The notes under the pieces: model-generated
The model's input: only the letters and a program-made list of their open reading frames with translations
Databases searched by the model: none
What the model was told of the DNA's origin: nothing
Made by a program: the position numbers and the translations under genes
Source: Ramazzottius varieornatus
Lineage: Eukaryota; Animalia; Tardigrada
Length of the DNA: 64,000 nt
Assembly: GCA_001949185.1 (NCBI GenBank)
Contig: BDGG01000013.1
Span: forward strand, 1,504,617 to 1,568,616
Direction of reading: 5' to 3'
Shown here: piece after piece, positions 1 through 13,090 of the stretch
How the letters are laid out: every line of letters starts with the position of its first letter
Numbering within the stretch: position 1 is the stretch's first letter

Positions 1-3000
1 CTCAGTTAACTTTCTAACTGACAGTTTTCCGCTCAGTTAAGTTCAGTTTGACAAAGCCGCACAATATTCATTTAACGTTCGCGATTCATTCATCAAGGGA
101 TGGGATACGTCGACCGAGAAGTGCGGTAAGGAGATCATAATTAACATTACAAAACCATAGCATTTCAAAATTCAGATCACTGGTTGAGAGTCTACGATCA
201 CGTATAATCTGACCGGAAATACTGAGAATTCTTTCAATACCGGTAGTTGTCGCAGTAGCGCACAAAACTTGTTTAGCGATAACTGTAAGTGGATTGAAAA
301 TATCTTGATTTTGTTTCTTGGCGTAGAATTCAAGAGGATTAATCTCATCTCATCTGGAATCCAGATACAGCTGAAACTCAGTTTCGACACCGACTGCCGA
401 AATAGGGTCTCTTCGCGAGGAAACTGAGGAATGAGGTTCTTTGTCCATGAAGCTAAAGAGCTTCGAACGCTTCACTTTGGGTTCTTCGCTTCGGGATTCT
501 GGTGATGGTCTTGTTAGCTCGTCACGTCGCATCATTTCCAGCACGATGGCTTGTGTTCTGCTCTTCACGGCTTCCGAATTTTCTGCTCCATGAGTAAAAC
601 TAAATTTCATATCCGGGTCCAGAAACGCTGCTGTCAAAAACAAGTCGTCGTTCTCAAGCGACGAAAATCTAACATTTAGCTGTTTCAAAAGTTCCTCCGC
701 GTAGCCGTGAAGAGTTGGGAACTGATCACCATCGAGGATTCCCTGAAGGAAGATGCGAAGGCTGTATGTCAACGGAAGAACTTGGCAAATAGCAGGCACT
801 CCGTTTCGCTGCGGTGTCTCAAAGGCTTCTTGAAAAAGTCGTCATTTCAACAAAGTGCTCGCGACTCAGCCTGTGTTTGGGATCGAGGCCAGCTGCCGTC
901 CAGTCTAACTTTATGGCTCGCTCAGCCATGATAAAATTGCTGTTTCATCGAGTGGCGCAACGTGCTTCCAGTGCCATTCCCAGCTCCTTTTCCACATATT
1001 CAGTGCCTTGAGTTGACTTCTTCAGCTTTGCCACAACCGACGCGAGCTTTTCGACTGAGTTTTTTAGCATCTTGCAGTTTTTAACAGGTGTCTTCAGACA
1101 GAGCTGCAGTGTGTGAGCAACACACCGTACCTAAAACATGGTCTCCATATTACAACAATATATTTGCCGTGAATGTAGAGATACGGATTAAAATGCAACG
1201 AATTGAATTAATTTTAGAAAGATCAGCCCGAACTACCAAGATATTTCGGTCTGGCATCAGTTCGTATCGCTGTATCAACTTCTCGGTCACTTCTTCTGCC
1301 AGAGGACTGCTCGTGTCGAGGTCTTCGGCATCTATCGGCTCCAGTTCAAGCTCCTCGTCACCGTAAATGACCTGATGAAAGACATCTTCCATATCGGTAT
1401 CTGCAAACATGACAAAAAAAATCACTAGATATAACATCAAGCTAAAGTGAATTTATTCTGTAAAATCAACAGCTCTTATTATTTACTAAGAATGCAGTTA
1501 AACAGTTTCTTGATTAGAGTTTGACGACTTACCAAATTTGTTTGGATCATGGAGGTCGATAAATCCAGGAAACCAATCTTTGAAAGCATTGACAATGTTT
1601 GCTCCGTTGTCTGTTCCAATGTAGCAAACCTTGTTTTCAATTTCAAACTTCGTTAACACCTCCACAGTCAAATCCAATATTTGATTGGCGTTGTGAATTC
1701 CACTGAATCTCGAGCAGGCTAAAAGGCCATGTTGAAGCTTGAAAGTTTCGTCGATATAATGCGCACTAACTCCGAGGTATCCTCTCTGACGCTTGCTGCT
1801 CCAGATATCGCAATTGATTGCAATGGCAGTGGCACTCTTCAGAAGGTCCAGTACTTTCGTTTCTAACTTCTTGTAGATGCCTGGTAAAAGGCGCCTGGTG
1901 ATGGTGTCCCTTTTAGGCCACTAAATAAAAGTAGTTTATTTGATTATCAGCGAGAGTGGAACGTAGGTGATAATGAAGTAATGATTTCTATTTTTATCCT
2001 GTTGAAAAATACCTTCAGAGCGGAATCCGCTCCTTTTATCGCTCGGTCAAATGAACTGTGTCCGAGAATGTCAGGGCAAATTAGAGTCTCCACTTGAATC
2101 CGAGCTATATTCAGGTCGAGTAAACGTTGCTTCGGATGATTCCTTGGGTAGGCTGGCTTCTTCGGTTCTAGAAGTCCATCGGTTTTCGTCTTTGTCGAGG
2201 AATCCTCTTTGGTCGTTCTGCGACAAAAGTTACAAGATCCTGCAAAAGAAACGTTCAACCATCAAAGTTGAGATTGGAGCAGTCTGATGAACTAAATTTC
2301 AATAAAGAGATTATGAGAAATCAATCAACGTATTGTAAACTTACTGCTTCTTTTTAATGTTCATTAATAACATGATTTTTGAAGTTGCTGTAGCCCTCTT
2401 GACTGCATACAACTTTCTCCTTCCGACACAGTTTGCAGCACCCTTTATGTAGAGTAATCTTACGACCGGTCTTTGAGGATCTTTCCGTCAACGGGTTATT
2501 ATAAAAGGCCGTGAAGAAGTCCTTAGCCACTCTCGCATCTGCAAGCTTCTTCAGCTCCTATGCGGTCACTTTCTTTGTGGATTCCACTTCGATTTTTGGC
2601 GAATCATCACTGTCGATCACCACCACCGCTTCGCCAGGCATGTCCGTATTCCGTGAGGAACACTAGACTGAAAGGAAGAGTAACACAACCACCAAGAAGG
2701 CAAAACAGCTGCTGCGGAAAGCTAATTGTAGGGGAAAAGTGGAAAACCAAGAACTGTTTAACTATCAGTAGAGCCCGAACTGTGAAAGTAATCAGGCAAT
2801 CAGTATGACAGAAGGGCCTACCAATCATAAAACGCTTAGTCATCCCTTATGTGACATTAATCGTTTTGAATGCATAGTATCTACTATCTACTCACTACCT
2901 AGGGACAAAACGCGCACAGGGTGAACCTAATATTGAAGGTATTTTTACGGCGTCACGGCGCTTTCCGGTTCCGCTACAGACAGTTTCCCGCTGCGCTACG

Positions 3001-3133
3001 CTAAGACTGATGCCCGCTCAGTTACCGTTCCGCTGGGGCCTTCCCAGTTAGAGCTCCGCTCATTTAAAATAACTGAGCGGAGCGGGAAAACTGAGCGGGT
3101 GTCCCGCTGGCCAAAAAAAACTCCGCAGCTCTG
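1..3133 (-). mobile_element. hAT-superfamily DNA transposon (non-functional; the other terminus lies outside the window)
   Basis: Contains a spliced transposase pseudogene. CCGCT/CTCAGTT-type subterminal repeats occur at 1-50 and 2975-3120. The probable terminus reads CAGAGCTGCGGAG on the minus strand, ending at 3133. Confidence 0.8.
350..2641 (-). pseudogene. hAT transposase pseudogene (BED zinc finger + DDE core)
   Basis: ATG at 2641. BED finger CKLC...SNFKNHVINEH; core motifs CDIWSS, YLGVSAHY, TDNGAN, RCVAHTLQL, AAFLDP. In-frame stops at 2558-2560, 2354-2356 and 945-947 (TRWNS changed to TR*NS). Confidence 0.85.
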
Positions 3134-3372
3134 CTCTGCACTACACCCTGTCTTAACTGGTGTAATCAAGTAATTAACTGGTAGATGGCCAGTTGTCTGA
3201 GCATGGCGCGCAGTGTTCGGATGATTTTCGCGTTTTAGAAATGCGAAATTTTGATACGGATTTCGAAAGACCGGAGTGTATTAGTTTTTGTTCGTTATTT
3301 TTGTATCGCTGCTTGAAGCCTACTTCCCTAACTTGACTGTAGACTATTGTTTCAAATAAGGATTTTTTTCCA

Positions 3373-6300
3373 GCTGAAAAGCTCTGGACAGTTGTTGCCA
3401 ATTGATGGTTGCTCTGTACGGTATTTCGACCAAAAGCCTGCCAGTGGAATGAAGCTTTGTTTCTTTCCAGGTACTCTCCCGTGCAAATTTCCGCGCCATC
3501 TAGCGTGTTAGCCGATGTAGAAAGGTGGAACCGAACTTTTTACGATTGGTCTCATCTTTTGGAAGAAGAATCAATCTCGGGCAAGACTCTTGTACCGCCC
3601 GCCGCCGAAGACTTTCTCGAAGGCCTCGACGAGATGGACTACCTTGACGTTGTTTCCGGCGAACCCAAAGCCGCACCCGACGCCACTGACCTCGAGAACA
3701 TCAGCGACGATCTCTATGCTCGACATATTCGTCACCTCAACTCACAAGACTCCAGAATAAACACTATTCTCGACTTTAGGAAGTCGTTACCCGTTTACGC
3801 CAAGCGGGAAGAAATTCTAGGTACTGTACGCGGCATAAATTGGGATGTGAACAAACAAACTCAACCAGGTCGTTTTCACAAGTGGCACACGTTTCGTTGT
3901 TAGGCTGATGGTGTATGCACCACTTGGGACGACTCATCTGCCCACGTCCCAAATTTCCTTTCGCCCTTACGCTCAACTAATGATTGCTGTTTTCATTTGT
4001 AGAAACCATCAAGAACAATCCAGTAACACTGATTAGCGGCGACACTGGTTCCGGGAAGTCCACGCAAGTTCCTCAGTTCCTCTTCGAATCAATGGTGGCA
4101 GCCAACCGCGGAAGTGAAGCGCAGATCATCGTGACACAGCCACGGAGGATCTCGGCGGTGTCACTCTCTGAACGTGTGGCCTTTGAAAGAAATGAAGAGA
4201 TGGGCCAGACGGTGGGCTATCAAGTCCGACTGGAATCCAATATCCCGCCTCAGCACGGCTGCGTCTTCTTCTGCACAACGGGGATACTCTTGAGGAGACT
4301 GCAGGACAACCCGTCGCTCAAAGGTGTCTCACATGTCATTGTGGATGAAGTCCATGAGCGAGATGTCCTGATTGATGTGCTGTTGTCTTTGCTGAAGAAT
4401 GTAGTGAAGACGAACCCGCATATTCGAATTATATTGATGAGCGCCTCCTTAAATACGGAACTGCTCAGAAAATATTTCCATAACTGCCCACTTGTCGAGG
4501 TAACAAAAAAACCAGTACAGATCATTTCATACCATATATTATATCATGTCAGTGAGGGTTCTTTTCTTGAAAAAAAGGGAAATGGTTATCGTCACCAAGT
4601 AAAACCCGCCAAGGTTATGGTCACCCAGTGACACCCACCAGAATTAATCACTGAAACCCAATTTTATTATTGTCACCCACTAAAATTAGAAATTGATTAC
4701 TAGTACGTCACCAAGGGAGTTTAGTGTCGCGCAAACTTCAGTACTTTGCCACTACTGATTTCCGCTTAGGCAAGCTGGCAAAGCGCCTAAGCAGAAATAC
4801 TTGCCGAATGGATAACATAAAAAGCGAGTGAGCATGGCATCCAGCAATAACCGTGCCCGCAAATGTGATCCCAGTCCGCATCGAAACATCCGAAACCCGT
4901 TTGATCCGGAAGCATGAGGCTTGTCGATGGACCCGAAGATTCTTCGCTACGGTGGTTCTGTAACTTCTGCTCAGCCGAGCAGAAGTTGCCTGATGCATGG
5001 GCTATTCACTGCCTGAAGGGTGCGTCGAAGGGCCGTCGCGTCGCTGACCAGACAGTCTCTATTTCACTCCGTAGAACCTCGCGGAAAAACATCAATGAAG
5101 TTTTTGTTCGATGGGTGTCAACAACTTTTCTGGTCGTTTTTACCACAATCCAGTGGGTGCCATTAATGTTTTTGGGTTTTAATGGGTAACAATAAATCAG
5201 TAACATTACCCAAAAAAATTGACTTCTGAACTTTTTGACGAATTTGACACTGCGCGTGACTTGATGGCATTCCACGAATTTTGGTTTCAGGTCGAAGGTT
5301 ATCTGCATCCCGTCCGGGAATACTTTCTCCCTGACGTCTGTAAGATGCTAAACGAGCCCTTGGCTCTAACCGAAGATCACGAACCTCGAACGCCTTTCGA
5401 GCTCATCCACAACCTGATCAAAAGAACAGATTCAACAAGGCCAGAAGGCGGTATCCTCGTCTTCCTTCCCGGTTGGCAAGAGATCAAGGCAGTGAAGGCC
5501 CGAATCCTGGAGTCTTTCTACAAGGAAGACAGACATTGCGTCCTGACACTCCACTCCGTGATTCCCTTGAAAGAGCAGCACCTCGTCTTTGACGCTCTAC
5601 CGCCACACAGAAGGAAGATCGTACTGGCTACCAACATTGCCGAAACAGCCATTACCATCAACGACATTTCCTACGTGATTGATGTTGGGAACCGGCGAGG
5701 GCAGAGTTACAACCCTGAACGGGAGATTACGACGCTCGATACCCAGTGGATCTCTAAAGCCAACGCCATACAAAGACGAGGAAGAGCTGGACGAGTGCGA
5801 GCGGGCGAATGCTACAGGTAATTGTGTGTTGTCAGGCGTTATGTAACGGGATATGACATAACATCTTCTAACTATACCGTAATGTAATTTAATGTCATGT
5901 GATGTTATGGTATCCCGTGAAGCAGCACACTGTTATGTCATATAACTTCATGTGATATGTCATAGGCTGTACACTAAAGAACGCTTCGACTCGATGCAAC
6001 CCTATCCACCGCCCGAGATCCTCTGCACGTCTTTGGAGAAAGTCATCCTAGATGGGAAACTATTCTGTCCGCCCACGATGAAGGCAGTTCAGTTCCTCAG
6101 TCAGCTTCCGCAACCTCCGGAGGCCGAAGGTATCGAGAAAGCCGTGGAAGAACTCGTGGAGCTGAAGGTGCTCAATATGGACGAAAGCCTAACACCCATG
6201 GGCGAAACCATCGCGCATTTCTCCACACATCCGCGAGTTTCCATTGCGCTAGTCTACGCTGCGTTCCTCAGATGCCTTGACCCGGTACTGAGCATCGCGA

Positions 6301-7701
6301 GCTTCTTGTCGACCAACCGAGACCCGTTTCGGTACAAACTGGAAGACAAGTCGCACGTCAGACAGGTAAAGAATAATAATCATTGGGCGAATTCTCAATG
6401 AGTGGGCAGTCGGCAAATAGTCTCGACAAGATCGTTTCCCTGAGTGGCGCACGCTTTCGGCCAATAACGCTGAAAGGTTGCGCCACTTGGAAAACTCATC
6501 CAGATTGTTATCCCAACTGGCGCACGCTTTCAGGTAACAAAACTGAAAATGTGCGCCACTTGGATAACCGATATGAGTTTGTTTGCCAAGCTGTCAAATA
6601 CATTTCAGTTCTGAATATTATTTTTGAATGACGATTAATTGTCTTTTGGCAGGTCAAAATGTTGTTCGCGAGCGGAACGAACAGCGACCACATTGCCTCT
6701 TCCAACCTCCTCAATGCCTGGCTGGAGACCAACAGCAACGAAACGGAGCTCGCACACTTCTGCGACGACTTCGGCGTGAACCACGACGCACTAAAATTCA
6801 TCGACGGGATTCGCCAGGTTCTGGCCGAACACTTGTACGACGCGTACCTGGTCAACAAACTTGAAGACGCCACAAACAGGATGGCCGACACCAACGAACA
6901 TGAAAGAAATGCGCCTTTCATCAAGGCCGCGTTGACTGCTGGTATTGGTAATAATGTTCTGAGGGTCAGTAAAGGCGCTGTGAGGAGAGGAAGACTAACG
7001 GATGACTATGTCGTAACCATTCCTGAAAGCGACACGTTCGTCGAGGTAAGAAATCGAATATGGGAACCGAGACAGTAAACAGCATCGTTTGAATTTCAAC
7101 AATCCTGCATACGGCAAACTTCTCGTAGTTATCGGTGTGAGTGTATGCAGGTGCACACCGTTGGTGCTGTCAGATTTTGCATATACCAGCATACATGGTT
7201 GGCAGCATGCGGGAGGGCTGCGTATATGCATGTATGTGAAACTCGGGATATCGAGGCTTGGATTGATGGTTTGCTGGTTCTGGTTTCGCAAGTTGACTGG
7301 TATGGTTTCAGGTTGGAAAGGAATCGGTCGTGGCCGACAGACTGGAAGATTCCGAGCCTTGGCTGATCTACCATTCGAAGATGAAGTCAGGCGAGTCGCG
7401 GAAGACGTACGTCAGGGACCTGTCTGAAGTGCCTGCCCTGACCATGGCGCTCTTCGGCGGAAGGGGTCTCGACTTGTCGGAACAAGACGACGATGACGAT
7501 ATTAATGTTTTAAGTTTTGAAGGCTACGGCAATGTACATTTCAAAGCCGATCTGAAGACGGCGAGAGTCGTGTTCGAACTTAGAAAAAATATGGAAGATT
7601 TAGTCGATCTGACGTTACGAAGCCGGAACAAACGTTCAGCTGAGCTAGATGACATGTGGACCAGTTTGCGGGATGTGCTTTGTAAGTTACTGACTGGTTG
7701 A
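3373..7701 (+). CDS. DHX30: ATP-dependent RNA helicase, DEAH-box, DHX30-like (multi-exon, 5' end not found)
   Basis: Approximate exons: 3373-3420, 3471-3820, 4003-4499, 5291-5817, 5966-6365, 6653-7045, 7312-7701. Motifs GDTGSGKST, TQPRRISA, DEVHER, MSAS, LVFLPGW, ATNIAET, QRRGRAGR, plus HA2/OB region. The segment GYQVRLES...FCTTGILLRRLQDNPSLKGVSHVIVDEVHERDV is closest to DHX30 as I recall it. Confidence 0.8.
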
Positions 7702-7981
7702 AAATAAATGAAAAACCACCCACTTGAATTTCAAAGTGTTTTATACGAAACTCTATTGACATCCGACATCGAAGACGATTATCGGATAGACAAACTACCA
7801 ACTCGTTCAAATTTTAGATACACCAGCTCTAACAGAAGAGAAAATACTTTCGGTCGAAAGACGACACAAGGTGTTAAAAATCATGAAACAGGAACGACAC
7901 CTTGAAAGAACAAAAGCTTTGTACACCAAGAATGAACGATCGAAGTACTGTACATCTATATTTTCTTCCGAGATTCTCAGA

Positions 7982-9127
7982 CTAGAAACCGTCGAACTTG
8001 GCGAAGAGAACAGGGTTGTATTGTGCGAAACCAACGAGAAGGGTACCTCCGACCACTCTAGCAGGAAAGATGTTGGCGGAAGGCCGGTCGATGCGGAAGG
8101 AGTTCGAACTCTTTCCGCTATCCAACTCGAAACGCCAGTGATGCCAGGGACAGACTATGTACAAGGTGTTGTTGATCTCCTCGATATCACCTTCGGCCAA
8201 GGGACCCTGCTGATGCGGACAGCGGTTCTCGATGGCGTACAGAGCGTCGCAGTGCCGAAGGATACCAACGCGATACCCGTTGACATCCACCATGTAACGG
8301 TCTCGCTTGTCATGGTTGTTCATCCTGGCTTCGAAGTGTTCGGCGATAGAATCGAAAACTTGCGGGTCCGCGCTGAGACAGGCCAAGATATCCTGCAAAA
8401 AGCAACATTTCAATAGATCTCAAGAAAGAAAACGGCAGCTCGTTAGGCCAACTCGACCAGATCGGTTTCTAAAGTGACGCACTATTTCAGTAATATTGGC
8501 TGGAGGCGCGCGCCACTTGGGAAGACGGTCTGATCTGGACTTTGCTCACTCGCGCACGTCATAAAGCTCAACGTGTCAAACTGTGTGCTCACGCGTCACC
8601 ACGCAAACTCAATGACGTCTCCACGCCAAATTCAACAGTTCGCCATGACCAAGTTTGATTTCTGAAGTGCCTTACTCGACTGGACTTACCTTGCGATCAC
8701 TGGACGTGATCTTCTCATAGTAAGGAGATGTGCGAACGACGCCACAGAACATGGAAGCAAAGTCGCTGGGCTGGTGGATCTTGAGATTCCAGTCTTGGAA
8801 GTCTATCATGTCCAGGCTGCCGACTTTCCACCACAGCATCTGGTCGTTTGGGTCGAGCGGCAGATGGCCGAATGGTTGAAAAGTGGAAGCAGTGTAAGAG
8901 ATAGCTTCATCGGGCTTTGGACGAGAAGGCAGAGTGTCGTGGTCGGGAGAATCACACCGGATCTTTATGTTCTTCAGCAGTGGCGTGCGCAGGCTGGCTC
9001 CGTTGGCGACTTGGTTCAGCGTGGCCAGGGCATTCCTTTGCTGGTCTTTCTTGCCTCCTCTGGTCTTCAGGTGGTCCGGAACAGGCAGCTCATGCCAGCT
9101 GATGGATTGACGATTCAATGGAGGCAT
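7982..9127 (-). CDS. Rieske [2Fe-2S] domain-containing protein (RFESD-like) with N-terminal extension
   Basis: Two exons, 9127-8690 and 8392-7982, joined by a phase-0 GT-AG intron (about 282 aa). Rieske ligands CPHQQGPL and CPWHHWRF. Confidence 0.85.
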
Positions 9128-9713
9128 CGTGGAGCTGAGCTAAAACGACTTCTAACCAGAGAAAAAATGCCATCGAAATTCCACTCCATAATTGTGCAAT
9201 TTGCATCCTTCCAGCAGAAAATCACTTTTCACTACGAGTACAGCCAGGGTAGCACGCAGACGTGTGACCAACACTTCAATCAAGCATGTCGTTCAGTTGT
9301 GTGATGCGAAATCTTTGCTGATTGCTCCGCACTCTTCCTGCCTGGGAAGCCATTTTGCCGCTCATTTTGCCGCTCATTTTGCCGCTCGAAAGCTGAAAAT
9401 CAATTTAACCGAAGTCCGGATCTCGGCCGAGATCTCACAGAGTCGCATGTGAATGATACGGAATTGTACTTGAAAGTTCCAGACATTTGGAAGTGTTCAC
9501 TGAGGTTTGGACTTGGAGTCATCATGGCTCGTTTCAATTCCAGCAACAACCAGCGGGCGTAACAGAAACTCGGTAACACCAGTATTGGAAAAGGCTCGAA
9601 GCCTGTTCGTTGCTCTGATACACTTGCAAAAGCAGGGACGCCAGCATCGTATGCTACGTAATACGTAAAACTTGCATGACGATACCTGAAAAGTCGCAAT
9701 AATTAGCCTGGTT

Positions 9714-11096
9714 CTATTTTAAACCCCCGATGGACTTACGAGCTGTTATGCCTAGGTTCTCCCGCGCCTTCTCGTCCGAAGTGGCGACCTTACCTGCAGA
9801 GATAAAAAGCAGCGTTATGCAAGAGTAGGTAAGTCGACAAGGTAGGGAATAAAATAACTGGTGAAAAAGGAAAGAACAGGGAGGTTTACCACTGGTGATC
9901 TTCTTGGAGTATTCACCGTCCTCGTCCAACAAACTTCCCACCACCTTGCCGACAATCTTCGTACCTGTCGTCATCCAGATGAAGATGCGTTCGCTAATGT
10001 CTCCATGCATCTCATCGTTGGCTCCCATATCCGACGAAGGGGAAACGTTCTCATCCAGAGCTTTCTTGACCACTTTCTAGACCTTGGAGAAAATTCTCTT
10101 TTCCGTCACCTCGTCATCCCATAGCGCCATCTTGAGTTCGACCGATAAGGCATCTTCGTCGAAGATACGCCTGATGGTCCTGGTGATAGTTCTGGTGATG
10201 GTCCTCTCCGATAGCTGCCCTTCCATGTGATTTTTCTTCAGGTCTTCCATCTCCTTAGATCCCACCAGCGAGTCGACATCTTAGTTCGTCATGAAGTTCT
10301 TGACTAAATTCGTGACTGTCTTGGCGATGCCTCCTCGGCCAAGTCTTTGTCTGTCAGGCGCCTGCGAGCACAGCGTTGAAGAGATTGGATGATCTTGAGA
10401 ACTCTGCGAAGCTTGGCCAAGTTGGTGTCAGTAGGGTTCGTCTTGACGACGTGCGAGTTGTAGCGGGCATTGTCCAGCATACTCTCAACGGCGAGGCTAT
10501 TGAAGCTGCGGAAGAGGTCGATCAGGACGTGGGGATCGGAGGCCGTGTTGAGATCTTTGGTTTTGTCGTTCAGCTGAGCCTTCTCAACAAAGCGCTGGAC
10601 ATCTGCAAAGACACAAAAGTATTCGTCGGTAGTTATTCTCGAGCTAGAGAATAACTACCGATGAATTCGAGAAATACATACACATTGACGGGAAAGAACA
10701 CTATACCATGTCATGTTTTTTGGAAACGGGTTCAAAAGTTACTTAATCACTTGCAACGGTGTTGGAGACATGGCACATGCGGCTGTAGTCTTGGAGGGTC
10801 TTGTCCTGTTGGTTCCACTCAAAGAATCGGGCTTCACATCCGCATCGGTCAGAGATACACTTGGCATTGGGTATTAGGGAGCAGTTGTTCTTGTCGCAGA
10901 CGTTGGGAACACTTATGACACCGACGCTGGGATTGAAGCTGCTGATTGGGAAGGAAACGTCGTCGTCATCGTGCTGATTCAATTTGCGTGGTCTGTCCCG
11001 TTTAATGGGGCTCATTAACCAGTCCGACGGTCCAGCGTGGACCCAGCCACCTAAAGCAAGAACACCTAGCAGAACCACAGATAGCCCGAACTGCAT
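9714..11096 (-). pseudogene. Secreted protein with small Cys-rich module; 3' half disrupted
   Basis: Signal peptide MQFGLSVVLLGVLALGGWVHA and module CDKNNCSLIPNAKCISDRCGCEARFF. Exon 11096-10751 splices in phase to the exon starting at 10602. The downstream coding-like frame has a frameshift near 10360 and in-frame stops near 10280 and at 10077-10079. Confidence 0.5.
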
Positions 11097-12341
11097 GGTG
11101 CTTTTCGGAAAGGGTGAGTTATCCACAGTAAAATTTAATGTTAGCTTTACAAGTGGCGAAAACAGTGCCAGATGCTAAACAGAAAACTGATCATCACGGG
11201 AACTTCATGATGTGCGCTTTTTATATCGTTTCAGTTAGGTAGCTGCACGGAAGGCGAGTTCGCCTGATAAAATCAAGCTCGAATGGTCTTTTCATAAAAG
11301 TTCCGCGTTTGTCAGTCCGAAAGATCCGGAGAAGTCTACTTCTGGCCTACTTCCACGGACTACACAGCTCTTCAGCGCGCTATCCTGCTGGGTTTCTTCA
11401 TTTCTTCAGCTGCGCTGGAACCAGCGGCTCCTTTTCGATTCAATTCGGCATACGAAATGTATCTTGACTTTTAGAAACACGGGTTTCCGCGACTTTCGCA
11501 GTTGTTCAGGAGAATTCGTATTTGCATCGGAGGGTACAAGCACTTAATTTCTCGTAGAGAATTTGATGGGCTATCGAACAGCCGTAACGATTTGGGCAAT
11601 GACAACCAGTTACAGCCGCACAAGGGGAAGTAACTAGGAATTCAGTGCTATAATTCTCCACGATTTCCACGCACTACGTCATCGTATGCCGCTCTGAAAT
11701 CCGCATCCGTAAAAAACTTTGAAGATCCAAATCTCCATGACCTTTCATTTCATTTAGCACCTTTCAAAAGCATTGGCTTTTTTCCACAGCCTGAAGCTTA
11801 AAACATCGACTTTGGTATGGAGACTTCCAAAAATCAAGACTCAAATAGTCTTCGTCATAGCAGCAGCAAGATCGATCTATTGACAGGTCACAAGCTTGGT
11901 TCGATTGTCGACGTCTGTCGGTGGAAAATCATCGTCATCAGTCTACGCTTGCATGTCTCCGCTATCGTCAATATCGACAAAATATATTCAGGGTTCTGTT
12001 GCCGTCTGCAGGCCGTGAGCAACGTCCTCGCGGGAAGCCACAAACAAAACTTGCAAAGAGCCGAAATAGCCAGACAATATCAAACGTTCCCAGGCGAGAT
12101 TGCTCGGGACTCGGGAGTAGCCCATGTTTTATGCTGGGCCTGGCCGCCTAGGCTAAAAGGAGGAGTAGAAGGGCGCACGTGAGGTCGTAGGCGCTAAATC
12201 TTCCCTTTCTGTTCCATTTTTTTGTCACTATCTCGTTTCCTATAGGGGATCCGAGACTGAGCTCAGTAAGACTTTTGTTCAGCAGGTAACTCTACGTGGT
12301 TCTATCCGATTGGATCTCGTGGATTTTTTGGCGTGAAAAGA

Positions 12342-12491
12342 ATCCTTCTCGCACGTCTTACGTTAAACAATCAGTTTTGGAATAGGACAGTTGTTCTTCC
12401 GTCCGGAATATTCACGATTTCTGGTGATGGAATACGAGTGACTAATATATCGGTGCTGCGGCTGGACTACACCCAAACGAAAGAGACGAGA
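12342..12491 (+). pseudogene. Relic exon of a fourth receptor-GC-like paralog
   Basis: Translates to ILLARLTLNNQFWNRTVVLPSGIFTISGDGIRVTNISVLRLDYTQTKETR followed by GT. It is homologous to exon 6 of the three downstream copies (LWNSSLTLPSRDFTISGNGMRITNISFMQLD). Confidence 0.7.
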
Positions 12492-13090
12492 GTATCGGCT
12501 ATCAATTTGTGAAAAAGTGTCGGTGCCATATCACGTTACAGGGATGTATTGCGCAGAAGGTTGAATCAGAAAAGCATGGAAAGGTGCAGACCGAAAGGTT
12601 TAGCTTGGCACACTCCAAGTACTTCAGAGAGAACGTTTGGCCAGAGGCTTCCGGTTGAACTGCGGGCTTAATCAGAGGACTGTACTTCCTTCTTGATCAA
12701 TGACGCATCACGAGATTGACAACGGAGCCTTGAACCTTAATTGGAAATGCATGGTCATCCCTCAGATAAAACAATTGGGTGTTGTCTGAGCCGATATTTA
12801 TAGACCGTATATGCGTGTTGACTAAATTTGATTTGATAAGATAGGTTTTTCATCATCTCTGCATGAACGATTACGATCATATAATTAAGCTCCCGAGGTA
12901 CCTTGGTTTTACACCCGGTGCTGTGATCACGATGCGGAGTCACACTTGCTTGTTGTGACTATACTTACTAGTGTGGTTTTCGATACCGCGCATGTAATTA
13001 ATCCCCGTATTCACGCTTACCGGAATAACAGGATTGTAGTTTGAACGGCTCTTTAGATTCTGACACTCTTTAAGGGCATCGTTCAGAATA

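Noticed and set aside
7871-9304. Plus-strand ORFs of 181 aa (7871-8416) and 176 aa (8774-9304)
   Set aside because: Antisense shadows of the Rieske gene exons; no motifs and non-ATG starts.
9351-9387. (CATTTTGCCGCT)x3 microrepeat upstream of the Rieske gene
   Set aside because: Simple slippage repeat with no evidence of function.
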